Part shown: piece by piece, positions 31,149 to 32,000 of the stretch
Layout of the letters: the number at the start of each line of letters is the position of its first letter
Position numbering within the stretch: the stretch's first letter is position 1
The notes under the pieces: generated by a model
What the model was told of the DNA's origin: nothing
What the model saw: only the letters and a program-made list of their open reading frames with translations
Database searches by the model: none
Origin: Haloferax volcanii DS2
GTDB lineage: Archaea > Halobacteriota > Halobacteria > Halobacteriales > Haloferacaceae
Direction: 5' to 3'
Assembly: GCF_000025685.1 (NCBI RefSeq)
Contig: NC_013967.1
Span: 1,500,001-1,532,000, forward strand
DNA: 32,000 bases
Made by a program: the position numbers and the translations under genes

Positions 31149-31567
31149 ACGGCGCGCGCGGGTCGTCCGACCCGACCGCCGTCCGCTCGCTCGCAGTCAC
31201 GACCGACGACCTCGTGACCGCCTTGGAGGCGAACCGCAGAGGCGACGACCCCGTCGTCCTCCGCGTCACGCCGCCGTTCTACGGGCGGATGCGGGCGCGC
31301 ATTCACCGCACCGGCGGCGAAGCCTCGGACTACGCCGACCCCGAGCCGATACACCTCCAGCCGCGGGTCTTCGTCGCTGACGACGCCCCCGCGTTCCCCG
31401 GACCCGACGAGACGCGACCAGACCCGTACGAGGTCGAAGCGCACCACGAGCGCCACACGGAGGCGGTTCGAGCGTGGCGCTCGGCGGTCCGCGACCACCT
31501 CCGTGAGACGGTCGCGCTCCCGACAGACAACGGCCCGCACGAGGTCGAGGTCAAATACCTCGGCTGA
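31145..31567 (+). CDS. hypothetical soluble protein; the start is uncertain (a TTG at 31145 overlaps the zinc-ribbon stop)
   Basis: In the track ORF 31043..31567, the first about 34 codons are Arg-rich and overlap the zinc-ribbon gene. From ...AVTTDDLVTALEANRRGDDPVVLRVTPPFYGRMRARIH onward the sequence looks protein-like. Confidence 0.45.
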   Translation: MNGARGSSDPTAVRSLAVTTDDLVTALEANRRGDDPVVLRVTPPFYGRMRARIHRTGGEASDYADPEPIHLQPRVFVADDAPAFPGPDETRPDPYEVEAHHERHTEAVRAWRSAVRDHLRETVALPTDNGPHEVEVKYLG

Positions 31568-31605
31568 GCGAACCACTTTTTCCCCGCGGGGGACACCGTA
31601 GCGAC

Positions 31606-31977
31606 ATGAGCACCGACGAGTACCGCCGCGGGACGGCGGTCGAGCGCGAGCGACAGCGGAAACAGCGCCCGGCGCGCGGCCGCTACCGCGGGGTGCTGCC
31701 GGTCATCTACGCCATCGGCTTCGTCATGTTCACCGTCGTCTCGCTGTACATCGGGCCGGAACCGGCGTTCGCGGTCTACCTCGTCACCCACGTCTTCTAC
31801 GCGGGGCTGATTCGCGCCGATATCAGGTCGCTCCGCGGACAGGGCATCGACTGGGGCGCGTCCCGACATCTCTGGTTCGGCGCGGCGTTCGCGCTCCCGT
31901 TCGTCGCGCCCGCCTACTACGTCCACAGCGGCCGCGTGATTCGCCGCGAGAACGAGTCGCGGGACCTCGACGGCTGA
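31606..31977 (+). CDS. membrane protein (3 TM), function unknown
   Basis: A 123-aa ATG ORF with a basic N-terminus and then hydrophobic segments (VLPVIYAIGFVMFTVVSLYI, FAVYLVTHVFYAGLI, LWFGAAFALPFVAPAYY). Confidence 0.55.
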   Translation: MSTDEYRRGTAVERERQRKQRPARGRYRGVLPVIYAIGFVMFTVVSLYIGPEPAFAVYLVTHVFYAGLIRADIRSLRGQGIDWGASRHLWFGAAFALPFVAPAYYVHSGRVIRRENESRDLDG

Positions 31978-32000
31978 GGCGAAACCCGCAGCGTTCGACG

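Overview
This window is a core chromosomal segment of a haloarchaeon (class Halobacteria). The evidence is high G+C (a typical line such as 12001-12060 hand-counts to 70%), a strongly acidic predicted proteome, archaeal-specific genes (Nop5/fibrillarin, archaeal-type SAM synthetase, DacZ-type diadenylate cyclase, a TFB-like cyclin fold), and TATA boxes about 25-30 nt upstream of start codons. The gene order resembles what I recall of Haloferax-type genomes, but that is inference only. I can support about 43 protein genes, one tRNA-Leu(UAG), several simple repeats and some promoter or terminator-like elements.

Gene content from left to right:
- A MinD/ParA-like ATPase (5' truncated by the window edge), a KaiC-like pseudo-ATPase and a long FKBP PPIase.
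- A five-ORF translationally coupled membrane cassette (2585-5118). Its largest gene changes frame inside a G8 run.
- An A-type cytochrome c oxidase operon: coxB, a fused subunit I+III gene, a subunit-IV-like gene and a small membrane ORF.
- A CYTH protein, archaeal MetK and PPK1.
- ThiI, two small unknown genes, CysK, a thioredoxin-like protein and a DUF255/YyaL thioredoxin-domain protein.
- PurD and a hexapeptide acyltransferase.
- A truncated haemoglobin, DacZ and MscS on one strand.
- A roughly 50% G+C islet next to tRNA-Leu, whose 3' 21 nt are duplicated 129 bp downstream.
- A solo TFB-like cyclin protein, PPAT, a wHTH regulator and GshA.
- Nop5-fibrillarin, a 44-aa zinc ribbon and two unknown genes.

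I see no CRISPR array, transposase, integrase, toxin-antitoxin pair or known defence system. The candidates most worth follow-up are:
- the coupled membrane cassette with its tail-anchored C2H2 finger,
- the tRNA-Leu att-like scar and low-GC islet,
- the glbN-dacZ-mscS string,
- the CYTH-MetK-PPK1 neighbourhood,
- the MinD plus pseudo-KaiC pair.

Many long ORFs in the supplied track are GC-driven shadow ORFs (Arg/Gly/Pro-rich, antisense or out of frame to real genes), and I rejected them.
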